A stretch of DNA of 64,000 nucleotides from Paraphysomonas bandaiensis (Eukaryota; Protista; Chrysophyceae), in NCBI GenBank assembly GCA_965644295.1, contig CBFFRP010000445.1:141845-205844 (forward strand), read 5' to 3'. The notes below the pieces were generated by a model that did not search any database, was not told the DNA's origin, and was given only the letters and a program-made list of their open reading frames with translations. Below, piece by piece: positions 1 through 11,300 of this stretch. Made by a program: the position numbers and the translations under genes. The number at the start of each line of letters is the position of its first letter. Positions within the stretch are counted from its first letter, which is position 1.

Positions 1-622
1 TTAAGCGCAACTTCTTTGTTGCAGCGAAAGTACACCAGATCTCTCACAACTAGATTAAAATCTATTAAAGAAAAAATAGAAAAAATATCATGCAGGAACA
101 GATATATATTATTAGATGACAGTACGTCATATGAGTATTCATCCGGAGATGACAGCGGCACTGATGTTATATGTCATGCTCTGGGTTTGAGTACATTTTC
201 TGTACGCGATAAGTTTATGGATGCAAAACTGAATTATTCGTTTAACTTTATCTCTCCAACTCATGATGTTCCCCTTGAAAGTGATATCCTATTCAGTTTC
301 TTTGCCATATCAGAGCTGAAAAGATCAGTCGTGGATACTTACTTTGATTTGTATGTAAGACATGCTCAAAAAGGATACTTCCAATTGAATTTTGATAATG
401 CATGTAAGTTGATGTTGTTTTTCATACCGCGTCCTAACGTTAATTAACTATACAGATACGATGGAAGATATTGGTGGACATGACATCTATACTGTTATGC
501 AAATGTTTGAAAAAGTATACTCATTGCATGCATCGGCAATTTTACTTCCTCCGCCAATATATCATAGACACTATCGAATTGTTTGGGGATCAGCTGCACT
601 ACCAGTCCAAGACAAAATGTAA
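1..622 (+). CDS. 3' end of an unknown spliced gene (partial, runs in from the window edge)
   Basis: Frame 1 is open from base 1 to a GTAAGT donor at 404. The intron has a CTAAC branch-like motif and a TACAG acceptor at 455. Splicing continues the frame as ...FDNAYTMEDIGGHDIY...VQDKM* (TAA 620-622). No recognisable domain. Confidence 0.55.
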
Positions 623-1369
623 TCAGAAATATTTTGTGTATTCATATTGTTATAACGTCGCTGTATAAAGTGCATGTGTTGTACATTAATTTTGAACTAA
701 ATGTATTAACGAACTCGAATATATACGATGAATTAACTCGCCAATCTGCCCTCTGCACCCCACATATAGTGACTTGATGGTTTAGAAATTAATGTTGAAT
801 ACTATGAAGCTGATCGGAGTATTGCTATTCTACACATGTATGTTGCAATTATTGATAAACACAACATAGCATATATAGTATATAGTTATCTGTCTCTGAC
901 TCGATATTTCTGTACTGCATAAAGTAATACTTTACTTGACGGCTTCACATCAAATACACACCTTAATCATATTATTTGTGCCCTGAATACTGAATAGGCG
1001 CACTACATGTTTTAGTGTTAACCTATCTATGATCCATATAGCTTATAGCTGTATTATTAGTGTTGCGTTTTGCATTATGATGCGATATAAATATTGAGTT
1101 AATATAGTGTGCAATAGATGTAACGGGTGATTATAGTTCCAAAGGAATTAAATTTAGTTACTGATGTGTGTCTATGTATATATAGGAATGAGCGGTGAAC
1201 ATATGATAAACCAGATGTTATATAAATATGTAGTGAAGTGTTTAAATAAATAAGTATAATTTCTTAATTGAAGTGCATTGTGTTCAAAAAAGCAAAATTA
1301 CGGTATAATTCAATAGGGAGAAGTCAACTTCAGTGAAATTTCCCATTAACATTTAATTTAACTCTATTA

Positions 1370-1459
1370 CAGGGCCTGGAAACGTAACCATTAATGGTAA
1401 TGTCTTTATAATCGCCGGGACCTATTTCATAATTTTCCATTGATGATGTCCAGGCCGTG
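1370..1459. mobile_element. 90-bp hAT-type MITE
   Basis: TIRs CAGGGCCTGGA / TCCAGGCCGTG (10/11 match). Flanks CTCTATTA (1362-1369) and CTCTACTA (1460-1467) form an 8-bp TSD with one mismatch. Confidence 0.6.
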
Positions 1460-1849
1460 CTCTACTACATTGGGCTACTCGGCTTCACACACAAGTTTCA
1501 TTCTTCGAGAGCAGTTATTAAAGTGAGTCTCTATTAGTATTTTATAGATATTTTAATAATAAACGACGTAGAAAAGATATTTCGTGTTAACGTTGTGTCA
1601 ACACTACTGATGAAATCTTACTATAATACAAACTACAAGAGTACAATATAAAAATATTGCTCTTTATCCTTGCTATCTATACATACATATCCAATATTAG
1701 AATTAGTCATTCTACTGAAGTTATACAACAACGTATTTTCATCAAAGAATTATTAGTTATTATTATTCATCACATCATATAATATATCATATATATTAGT
1801 AGTTGAAATTTGTAAGAAACCTTAGATTAAACACTTGAAGTATAAAATT

Positions 1850-2090
1850 ATAAATTATAAGAGATATCATTCATCATTCATTGTCATTCACCAACTCGAT
1901 TTATCTCTACTACGCCAACCATTTCAGGTACAATCTTACATCGTCACTATCTTGTACAGTCAATATAATTCAGTTTCAGTACTACAATATAGCTATCTTA
2001 TTATTGACCTTCTCATAACACAGTTAGCTACTACTGTGTATTTTTTAAGTAACGGTTATAATTCAAGCAGCAAAACTCAACATATAGACA
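1850..2090 (-). repeat. Dispersed AT-rich repeat family R2 (other copies ~16590-16830, ~29540-29620, ~35865-36030)
   Basis: Shared motifs GTTGAGTTTTGCTG, CGAAGAATACAGTAGT and GACGATGTAAGAT(C)GTAC recur at these loci. Boundaries are approximate. Confidence 0.55.
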
Positions 2091-2672
2091 TCAATAACTG
2101 AACTTCTTTGTATATGATTTCACCCTTTTCACTACTACGGATTAGTTTCAAGTTTCAACTATTGCACATTGCACACTGTTAACTCACTTCAAATGAACAT
2201 CATAATATGAAGATCCAATAAAATATTATAGCAACTAGAAAAATTAATTCTTTGGAACAACATTGACCCTTTTCCTTCACATTGCCCTTATTAACTATCT
2301 ATGAGTACTATACTAGTATATACATAGCTCTAGCAGTCTAGCAGGTACCGGAAATAATAATACTTACTAAGGAAAACTACGGACAAAGAATCCTTGACAA
2401 GGTTGTAAAGAACGAACGCCACTCACGAAGTAATAATATCATTGAATTACGAATAGCTGAACGCATCGAATTCTCAACACAACATCTCATTACCGGCTAT
2501 ACAGTGCACACTACTTTGTTCCTGGTATCATTATGTTATATAATCAACTACTTGACAACCAAATATATATTATTGATAGCAACATAACTGGTAGGGCTTA
2601 ACGAGTGTAAACACATCTACCAGTAGGTACCGAACGTGAGGAATAACCGTCACGTCCACAAAAACGAATGGT

Positions 2673-3826
2673 TTAGACATGTGATGAGTGGCCAGTATCG
2701 TCACCAAACGGTCTGCCCGCTTGGGGTTGATGAGAGTGCATTGAAGTCGGTACCATCCCATTGGGGGGATCAAGTCGCAGAGTTTGCAGGGTGTCATCAT
2801 GCTGCTGCTGCTGCTGGTGATGAATGGGACCCTGCATGACGAAACACAAAGGTTACAGATGAATGACTCACGTAGACAAAGCGAACCGAAGTGTGATGAT
2901 GTCTGGGTGCCGTTTGATCCGCCCCCTGTAGATCCTGCAGACATATTAAGCGGTATACACCAGTACATTACCAGTAATAAAAACAATGACATCCCACTGT
3001 TCATGAGCGATAAAACATTGCAGCCACTCCAATACGAGGAAACAAACACAGTCGCAAATATTGCAGGAACGTACGTTCTTATTAGTATGTGTATAATATT
3101 GGGGCACTTGCTGAACCCTCTGATCGGGTGCCTCATGCTGCTGCTGCTGATGATGGTGGTGGTGTAAATTCATCTGCTGTTGTTGCTGCCAAAAAATATA
3201 TATTTAACACAAATGCTTTCGTCGGCGGTGTCAATGATAAACCAACCTGCTGGTGCTGTTGTGCTGTCATATTCGCCAGCATTTGATCACCATCTATAGC
3301 TATGCCAATCCTTTCCAATTCCGCGTCATCTAATCCACCTAGTTCCTAAACATAACTTATATTACCCAGCTAGTAATTCGCCGCTGCAGTTGACCTCATT
3401 GTCACCAGATAAACTCCGTTTGCCTAGTATCTCCTTTCGCTTGGGTCCAGCTAATTTCTTTAAACCAATTTTCTTAAACACCTTCTGAGCGTGTGTTCTG
3501 ATTTGAACCAAAGAGCGGGTCTTTATAAGAGGTTGCATCTTTTTCCAGTCCTTTCCGTACAGCATAATACCCTCTAAGAATAGACGGTGCTCGTCGGGGG
3601 TCCACCGACTGCATGAGACACTCATCAGACACTCTCTTATCATAACAGATATACACAGGCAGGCAGGCAGAGATATATACCCGGTGGTCTCCTCTCCGTT
3701 CATATCTATCTTCGGGCCTCCGCTTGTCTTCTTCTTCTTTCTCATCGGGTTACTTAACACACCGTCTCCAAACACCTCCACAAAGGAGGGAAGAGGAAGC
3801 TCTTCTGCGGCGTATTCTAATGTCAT
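2673..3826 (-). CDS. SHAQKYF-class single-repeat MYB transcription factor (multi-exon)
   Basis: After removing intron 3609-3680 the protein reads TTGRWTPDEHRLFLEGIMLYGKDWKKMQPLIKTRSLVQIRTHAQKVF. Downstream His/Gln-rich exons end at a TAA at 2673-2675. The 3' exon structure is approximate. Confidence 0.85.
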
Positions 3827-4271
3827 GTATGTGTGTTTGTTACAGTCACTGATATAGCTACACTGTGTACTGTGCTCTCTCTAGTGTGGCCTGGATAGGT
3901 AAACACACCTACGACATATACAGAGTTGTAGTGGGCACTTGCCTCGATAGTCCGCACTGTATATACGGAGACACTTCTCTTCAAAAATAAAATGGAGCTA
4001 TTCAATCGATGTCGGTTGATGATGCGTTCTGTAGGACAACATGACCGCATCTTGAAATGCCAATTTCAGTTCGAACAATTATGGAACATGAAAGTATCTT
4101 GAATAGACATAGATGTATTTTCAGTTTAGTATTATGTATATAAGTACATATGTACAGATGTATATCTGTTTAGGTACCAGTGGAGTAGATGTCGGCAGGT
4201 ACCACTGCAGATGTACTTTAAGCAGCGCAACTGGTAGTTAGATACCTCACCTCCACCTCAATTTCTTGCAC

Positions 4272-4598
4272 ATGTCTGATAAGGATGCCGAGTTGATTCC
4301 TAAAGAGCCGGAGCCAGAGCACGGCTGCTGTGCAAGAGTTCTGTTTTTCCCATTATCTCTCGCAGCGGTTATTCCAGCGGCAGCTTTCCTCATAGTGGAG
4401 GCGGTGTCTGCTCCCATACAGTGCGCTGCACTGCTGATATGCAAGTTCACTGTTTGTAACTGCTGCTGTCCGGACTCTATCCACCACACCTTTCGTAATA
4501 TAATATGCTCTCCGTGCAGGTGGATGCGCATATCTTGCACTGGGAAGGGTCACATAGTTTGCTGGAAGCATCCGGCATGGCCGTTTAGAAAAGAATAG
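4272..4598 (+). CDS. Small Cys-rich, probably membrane-associated protein
   Basis: ATG at 4272 gives ~108 aa in a GC-richer island, with a hydrophobic stretch flanked by GCC, CNCCC and CSPC clusters. Confidence 0.55.
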   Translation: MSDKDAELIPKEPEPEHGCCARVLFFPLSLAAVIPAAAFLIVEAVSAPIQCAALLICKFTVCNCCCPDSIHHTFRNIICSPCRWMRISCTGKGHIVCWKHPAWPFRKE

Positions 4599-5374
4599 TA
4601 CTACTTTAGCATTCACTGTATCAGTATGAATGTAGCTGAGAAAAGCATGATGAATATATTGTTGTGGGAGCTAATTGTCGATATGTCTATCGAATTTCTC
4701 TCCATAAAACAATATTTAGAAGGAGTAATGTGAGATTAATAGTGAAAATATTAATACTATTTCCCTCATTATGTAACTTTTTTCTCTCAACAATACTAAA
4801 CCCTTTCCTGAATGCTACTTTATTTAATCAATGTGCTATATAACTTTAAAATAGTTGTTTCGAAATTGATAATGACAGCTATATCACAATAATTTTTATT
4901 ATGGTTGATAACATGAAGTAGTCTCCATGAAAATGAGTATTTCCACTCCGACAAAGTTCAAAATAGATTTCCTAGATGCATCTGGTACTTACATTGTTAC
5001 TTCACAATATTCGTGTGTGCTTAGAATATTAGAAGTACTCTGAATGATTATGACCGTGGCTTTGAGACCGATGAGTGTACTTCAGAATATGGGGACTCAT
5101 ACAGTGATGTAACAAATTTTAAGTTTATTGGTGCAGTAGACTTTCTATTAACTGTGTACTTTATTCATCATACTAGACTATAGTAATTAGTAATGATGGT
5201 AATACGTAATATATTGCAATAATGGTATAGTATATACTATATAGTGCATAGTGTACATGTGTGATACACTTCTATTTATCTATTTATAAAAACAATCTAT
5301 CATCATCACAATATTATAATATAATATAGCAAATCCTAGTACTGGTTACAGCTACAGTTACGATATACACCAAC

Positions 5375-6030
5375 ACCATCATTTCGTGATGTTCTCGGGA
5401 ATAAGTACCGGGGATATTTCTCTGCGAAACTAACGTGAACCGCATATATAGTAAGAAGAAATTCTAATATTATTTACTATTTTACATCATCCCGCGCTTA
5501 AAATTTTGAACCGAGGGACGACACTCTTTATTCCTAGGTTAATTTGTAGTTTATTCTAATGATATTTAAATTGTATAGTAAGTGTTTGTAACTTTCTTGC
5601 TGCATGATGAAATAGAGGTGTTCCCTGATTAATATGAAGAAAGCAAATAAAAAATAAATTTTCTGTTTTGAATTAATGTTACCTACATACATACATACAT
5701 ACATATAATAAAAGGGAATGGCAGTTGTACAAGATTAATTCAAAAAACACTAAATCCCAAAATTTCAATCATTGCTACAACAAGTGTACCCTTACCACAG
5801 GAGGGTGCTCTGACGGAATATAGCAACTGCGAGGTATTAAAATTCGTATGTATAAGTGTGATGATGAGTGTAAAATTTGTAGCTGCGCGAGGCTTCATGT
5901 TGTCGTTTGTAGGCGTCATCATCACTTTTTTATATACATATATGCACCTTGGGGCTTGCGGTGACGCGCAGGCAGGGTATCAGAGTTAAGCACTAAGAAG
6001 TTAAATTGTTTTTTACTACATTACTACTAC
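5375..6030 (+). mobile_element. Fragmented SINE-like R1 copy (head ~5375-5450; 3' module ~5943-6030)
   Basis: GTTCTCGGGAATAAGTACCGGGG...GAAACTAACGTG matches the R1 head. GCACCTTGGGGCTTGCGGTGACGC...TATCAGAGTTAAGCACT and an ACTACTACT tail match the R1 3' end. Confidence 0.6.
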
Positions 6031-7192
6031 TTAATTTCCGATGTCCCAGTATAAACCGATTGATTCACTTTCCACACATTCACAACGCAATCAAACAACC
6101 ACTCAAACAAATTGACAATAATGTAAAATGTTTACACCGGTTTTTACTTCATCCGAATATTGAAGAACTTCTATAATTGACCGGTGCTAATTTGAGTGTC
6201 TTGTTGAACAAAATTCAGATAAAAACACTTTTTCCGACAAAATATATATATATGGGTGTAACACTACTATAATATATATATAGAACCTATAAATATCTTA
6301 AGCCGTCATTATCTTACAGAGACACAGTGGTTCACCTTTTATCAATATATTTCATACTATTCTTTCACTAAATTCACGGTGTCGTTTTCAAACCTACTAC
6401 ATTTTCCAATTGTTCCTACTGAACTAAATAATATGGCAGTTGAGTCGTAGTGAAGTTTTTAGTAGAATAGCTAAAAATTAACTTTTAGTGGTAGGAATGT
6501 CTGCAAAATTTAGTAGGGACACATATTATATATTCCGAACAACTAATAGGGGTGTCCAACAGCCAGCGGATACACAAAATTTTGCGTGTTGAGGTTAAAG
6601 TGTATACTAATCCTCTTACTGTCACATAATTAAGATTAATATATAAAGTGACTGCGCACATACACCGATACCTCTTATCTCATATATATGACCATATTGC
6701 AAATTGCATATGATTCGTCAGATGAAGTATTGCTCGTTTTTCAAACTAATTTTATTTCTTAATAAACCATTTGACACAAGAGTAAAACAGAAAAGAATGT
6801 GAAGATATCGAACAGAAGAAATTTCCGATGTCCTATTGTATTTCAAATAATTGTACTTTCTACAGTAGTAACTAGTAAGACATTAAATATACGTCTACTT
6901 TATTTATGCTTTAGTTGTTTTTCATGCTTTATGTCTATGAGGCAGGCATTGACACCGGAACTTATCAAGAACATGGGGACTTACATGATAATTATTGTGC
7001 ATATTTATACCGTTTTCCAACCATCATCAAAAATTTCACCAGGTTTTATACATTTCGCCAGGTTTTGGTATTACCTCGACTTACTGGAAACGATGGGAGT
7101 GGCGGTAGAGTCGGTATATCCCCCCAACGAAACAGTCTTTTGGTAGTCCACTTCATACTGGACCTGTGCAGACGTGCAGACATGCTGCAATA

Positions 7193-7280
7193 CCCTCAAC
7201 AAAGTCGGACTCGCACCTTTTCGTGGTGTTCTGGGGGATAAGTACCGGGGAGATTCTCTCTGGGAAACTAACGTGAGCCG
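7193..7280 (+). ncRNA. Putative HDV-like self-cleaving ribozyme at the R1 5' end
   Basis: Nested double pseudoknot order by eye: P1 7193-7200/7228-7235 (imperfect); P2 CGG(A)CTCGC/GTGAGCCG; P3 ACC/GGT with L3 TTTTCGT; P4 7245-7252/7256-7263; J4/2 CTAAC with candidate catalytic C7268. Confidence 0.6.
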
Positions 7281-7705
7281 CAAACATAGTCAACAAATAA
7301 TGTTCTGCCCACTCATAGCCGAATGCTTGTGTGGTACAAGGGACACCAATAAGTAGTGTCACTTGTGTAGACGTCTTTGGGCCCTGACGAATAAACAGGC
7401 ATCCGGGAATGGGCCCACCTCAAGGGCATCCAGGACAGGGCCCACCTGAAGGGTAACCGGAGTATTGGGCTGCCTGCTGAAGTCAAGCATCCGGGATGTT
7501 CACCTTAAGAACTCAGAGCGGAAGTGGTCGCACCTTGGTGCTTGCGGCGACGCACAAGCAGCTTCCGTAGCGTTAAATAGTAGGATAAAAAAGTGTGTAC
7601 TGATTAGTTACAGGTAGAGCTCTAACTAGTTTGTCTAGCATTCATCTAGCTACTAAGTTGGTGAATGCTTTTAACGCCTATTGCTAATATTAAGACTTTC
7701 AATAA
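7193..7705 (+). mobile_element. Full-length SINE-like element R1 with 13-bp TSD
   Basis: The direct repeat ACATGCTGCAATA lies at 7180-7192 and 7706-7718. The element starts CCCTCAACAAAGTCGG and ends GACTTTCAATAA. No TIR and no meaningful ORF. Many homologous copies occur in the window. Confidence 0.85.
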
Positions 7706-8344
7706 ACATGCTGCAATATAGATTCTCGAAAGCGACTATTATACTGATTATATTGATATTAATAAAAGACCCCTCCCAGTCCATCAGGCTATAAAACAAG
7801 ATCAGCGATGTGTTAGATGAGTTTTGCTAGCTAACATATTCAACATTTCGTAGGAACGTCAGATAAAATAGTAGTCTTCAACAGCTATAATTCTAAATCC
7901 TTGAACTACAGCAACGCACACGTAATTTCTACATCCTGATGTAAACTCAAATTTTTTACTCTGACACCTCCAATTTGCAAATGATAAAGTTCTCTATTCC
8001 TTGGTGTTAGATATATATATGCCATGTACTAAGCTGGGAATTTTGGGATTATAACTAAAGCAAGCTAAAAATGACTTTATAACTGGACGATAAAACAATT
8101 TGAATAAGATAGAAGGAATTATTACATTTAGTATTAAATTCGTTCTATCAGACGGCCCCTGTAAATTAATTTAGTGACAGTTTGTGTCGTAGTGACTTCA
8201 GCGTAATAATACCAGCTATAAGAAAAATAAGCACGTCACGTTGTAGATCGCAGTGACTCAAAATAAAACTAACATATACACTAACGCAAGTACTGGTAAA
8301 ACTTGATACCATAAAATAATATCATAATAATACCAATAAATGAT

Positions 8345-11300
8345 TTAGTCATATAAGTTATGTTCCTGTGCAAATTCCTCATCATCTGTGTCAAGCTCTT
8401 CGCCTTCCTTGATCTTCTTCTTCAGGATCTTGATCTTCGCCTTCTGGTCACGCTTAGAAAGTGTCTTCTTGACCTTTACCTCGCTAACGTTTCCGAGAGC
8501 ATCAGTCATCTCGGTGATGATCTGGGTATCCGAGATCTTGTCGTCCTGTCTGTTCATCCATCCCACTTCGCCCTTAGTGGTCAAGTGGCCAGCGTCCATC
8601 ACCCACTCCTCGGGACAGAGGGTAGACACAAATTCGTTGTTGTGGGAAATGATAACGACACCACCCTCGAACTCCTCAATAGCCTTAGCGAGGGCACCCA
8701 ACGACTCTCTGTCGAGGTAGTTGGTAGGCTCGTCAAGAATGAGAATATGGGGTTGGTTCCACATGGCAGCGGCGATCACGACCTTAACCTTTTGTCCACC
8801 AGAGAGGGCAGACATACGGTAGTGGGTCGCGAACTCGGCACCAAGACCACAGTCACCAAGGTGCTTCTCGACATTGGCGGAAGAGAGAGTGCGGACATAG
8901 AGACCAGCTCTCTGGGCAAGTCTGGCATCAATGGCCTTGCAGCCCTTGGACCATCCACGTCTGGTAAGAGCCTCAACAGTAACCCAGCCCTCTTCACCAC
9001 CCTTGAACTTCACTTCGTACTCAGTCTTCTTGTCCTTGTTCTCACGTCTGTTTCCAACAAGTTCAGAAACAACCTTCATGGCCTTGCGCTGAGTTCCATC
9101 ATCATCCTTCCATGAGTGCTCAAAGGGCTCGCTCTGGAGCTTCTTCTCCTCCTCGGTGAGAACCATCGAAACCTTAACGAGAGACTCCTTGTCCTCACCG
9201 TTGGCATATCTCCAACGAATGTACTCGTTAGGAGTCTTGTTGAGGTGGTTCTCAATGTGGTGGAAAGCATGCTGAGCGACATATGCGATACGGGCATTAG
9301 GGTGCTTCCAGACCTCTCCAGTCTGAGGAACCACTTCTCCAGTGAGTACCTTAATCATGGTGGACTTTCCGGCACCATTCTCTCCGACGCACCCCACACG
9401 AGAGGCCATGGACACCTGAACGCTGATGTCGAAGAGAGTAGGAGTGGTGTTGCCAGGGTAGGTGAAGTCACAGTGGGACATCTTCATGAGGGCCTTTGAG
9501 CGAGACTTAACACCCTCAATAGGACCAGGCTGAGGGAAGCTGAACTTAAGCTTGGACTCCTTAAGACTGAAGTAGCTCATTGCCTCAGGGTTCTTGGCGA
9601 TGAAGCTATCAAGGTTGCCCTTGTACTGGTGCAACTTGAGGCGGTCGATCTGAAGGATGTTGGTACAGCAGTCATTAAGGAAGCCAGAGTCGTGGGACAC
9701 CATGATGGCAGTCACGTTGGTGAGAGAGTTGATGTAGTTCTTAACCCAGGCCACGTTGATGACGTCCAAGTGGTTAGTAGGTTCATCGAGGAGCAGAATA
9801 TCTGCTCTCTGAAGCATGGCACGAGCCATAGCGAGCTTCATTCTCCATCCACCAGAAAGAGATGACACAGGGTTGTTGGGCTTAGCCTTACCGTTCTCAG
9901 TGAACCCGACATTAGCCATGGTAGCAAGAACCTCCTCACGGGAGAGTCCAGCCAAGCGAGGGTCCTGCATGATGTAGTCCACGCAAGAAAGATGGGAAAG
10001 CTCACCAAGGATATCAGCCTCCACGAACACAGTGCGCACCTGAGAGGAATCAGGGAATCCTTCCACAGATCCGTTGGCAATGGATCTCATGAGGGTGGTC
10101 TTTCCAGAATCGTTACCACCGAGAAGACCATACTTGGCACCTCTCTTGAGACGCATGTTCGTGTTGTGAAGAAGAATCTTGGTACCGTAGGCAAGGGTAA
10201 ACTGACAGTTGCAGAGCTCCTCGGCATCGTCGTCATCATCATCGTTGGCAGTCTCAATCTTGATCATCTCCTTACATACGGGGATCAGGCTCTCGACAGC
10301 AGCAGCGGCGGCTGAGTCACCGATAAGCACAGCGAGCTGAGAGGATACATCAGACCACTGCTCAACGTCGAAATGCTTCACTCCCATAAGAGAGCACACC
10401 AAAGAGGCGATGTGCTTGAGTGCAACCTCACCCTCGGCGGGGACACCAGACACCTTTTCCTTGAGGGTAGTGAGAACAAGGTCGTAGTTAATACCCTTGG
10501 TAACGATGCTCTTAACAAGATCATTGAGGCGATTAAGCTGGAAGGAAGCACGCTCAGAGACAGCGCGGGCCTCAGGATCAGACATAGCATCGGCAGATCT
10601 CTCGAGGGCAGGCATAAGCTCGGGAAGAAAGGGAGCAGCATCAAGAGGGTCATCGACAAGCTTAGACATGTTGTCAATAATAACAGCAGACTGACGACGG
10701 GTAGCGGTGACACGACTCTTAAGACCACGAAGCAACAGGGGCACAACCATGGCAAGAGCAGGGGACTGCACAGACTGGACGAAGGTGACGCCAGCAAGGG
10801 CATGCATAATCTCAGGGACCTCCTCAGGATTGGTGATAGACTTGAGGATGTGAGATGTCATGTGCTCAATATCTCTGTTTCCGATAACGTCACAGGCGGC
10901 AGACATGGCAGCGTAAGCAGCCTCGCTAACCTCCTTCTTCGTGTCAGTCATGCAGGCAGTCACCTCAGGCACAACCTGTGGGAGGGCATTTCCGAGCTGC
11001 TCAGGAGCGTGGTCGCCAAAACTGGCGATGACATTGAGAGCAAGCACGCGGCTGTTCCAGTTCTCCTCAATCTGAGCAGCAGCAAAGCAGTACTGAAGCA
11101 CTTCACGAACAGAGTTAGCGCAAGCGTTTGAGGTGATGGCCTTCACAGAGTCAGCGGCGGCCTTACGAATAGCACCCTGCTTGCAGCCAGAAGCCTTAAA
11201 GAGAACAGGCAGACTGGCGCACAGGTGAGCCTCAGCAGACTGCATGCAGTTGTTGGCCAGCACAGTGTACACACCACATGCATCCACAGTGGCAGACACG

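Noticed and set aside
7384-7400. CTGACGA hammerhead-like core in R1
   Set aside because: No stem II or GAAA follows, and the C is not conserved in other copies (TTGACGA).
7570-7582. GTTAAATAG resembling the pistol ribozyme linker
   Set aside because: The required P1 loop pseudoknot and P2/P3 pairings could not be built.
8360-11131. Several 100-250-aa plus-strand ORFs
   Set aside because: Antisense shadows of the codon-biased eEF3 gene.
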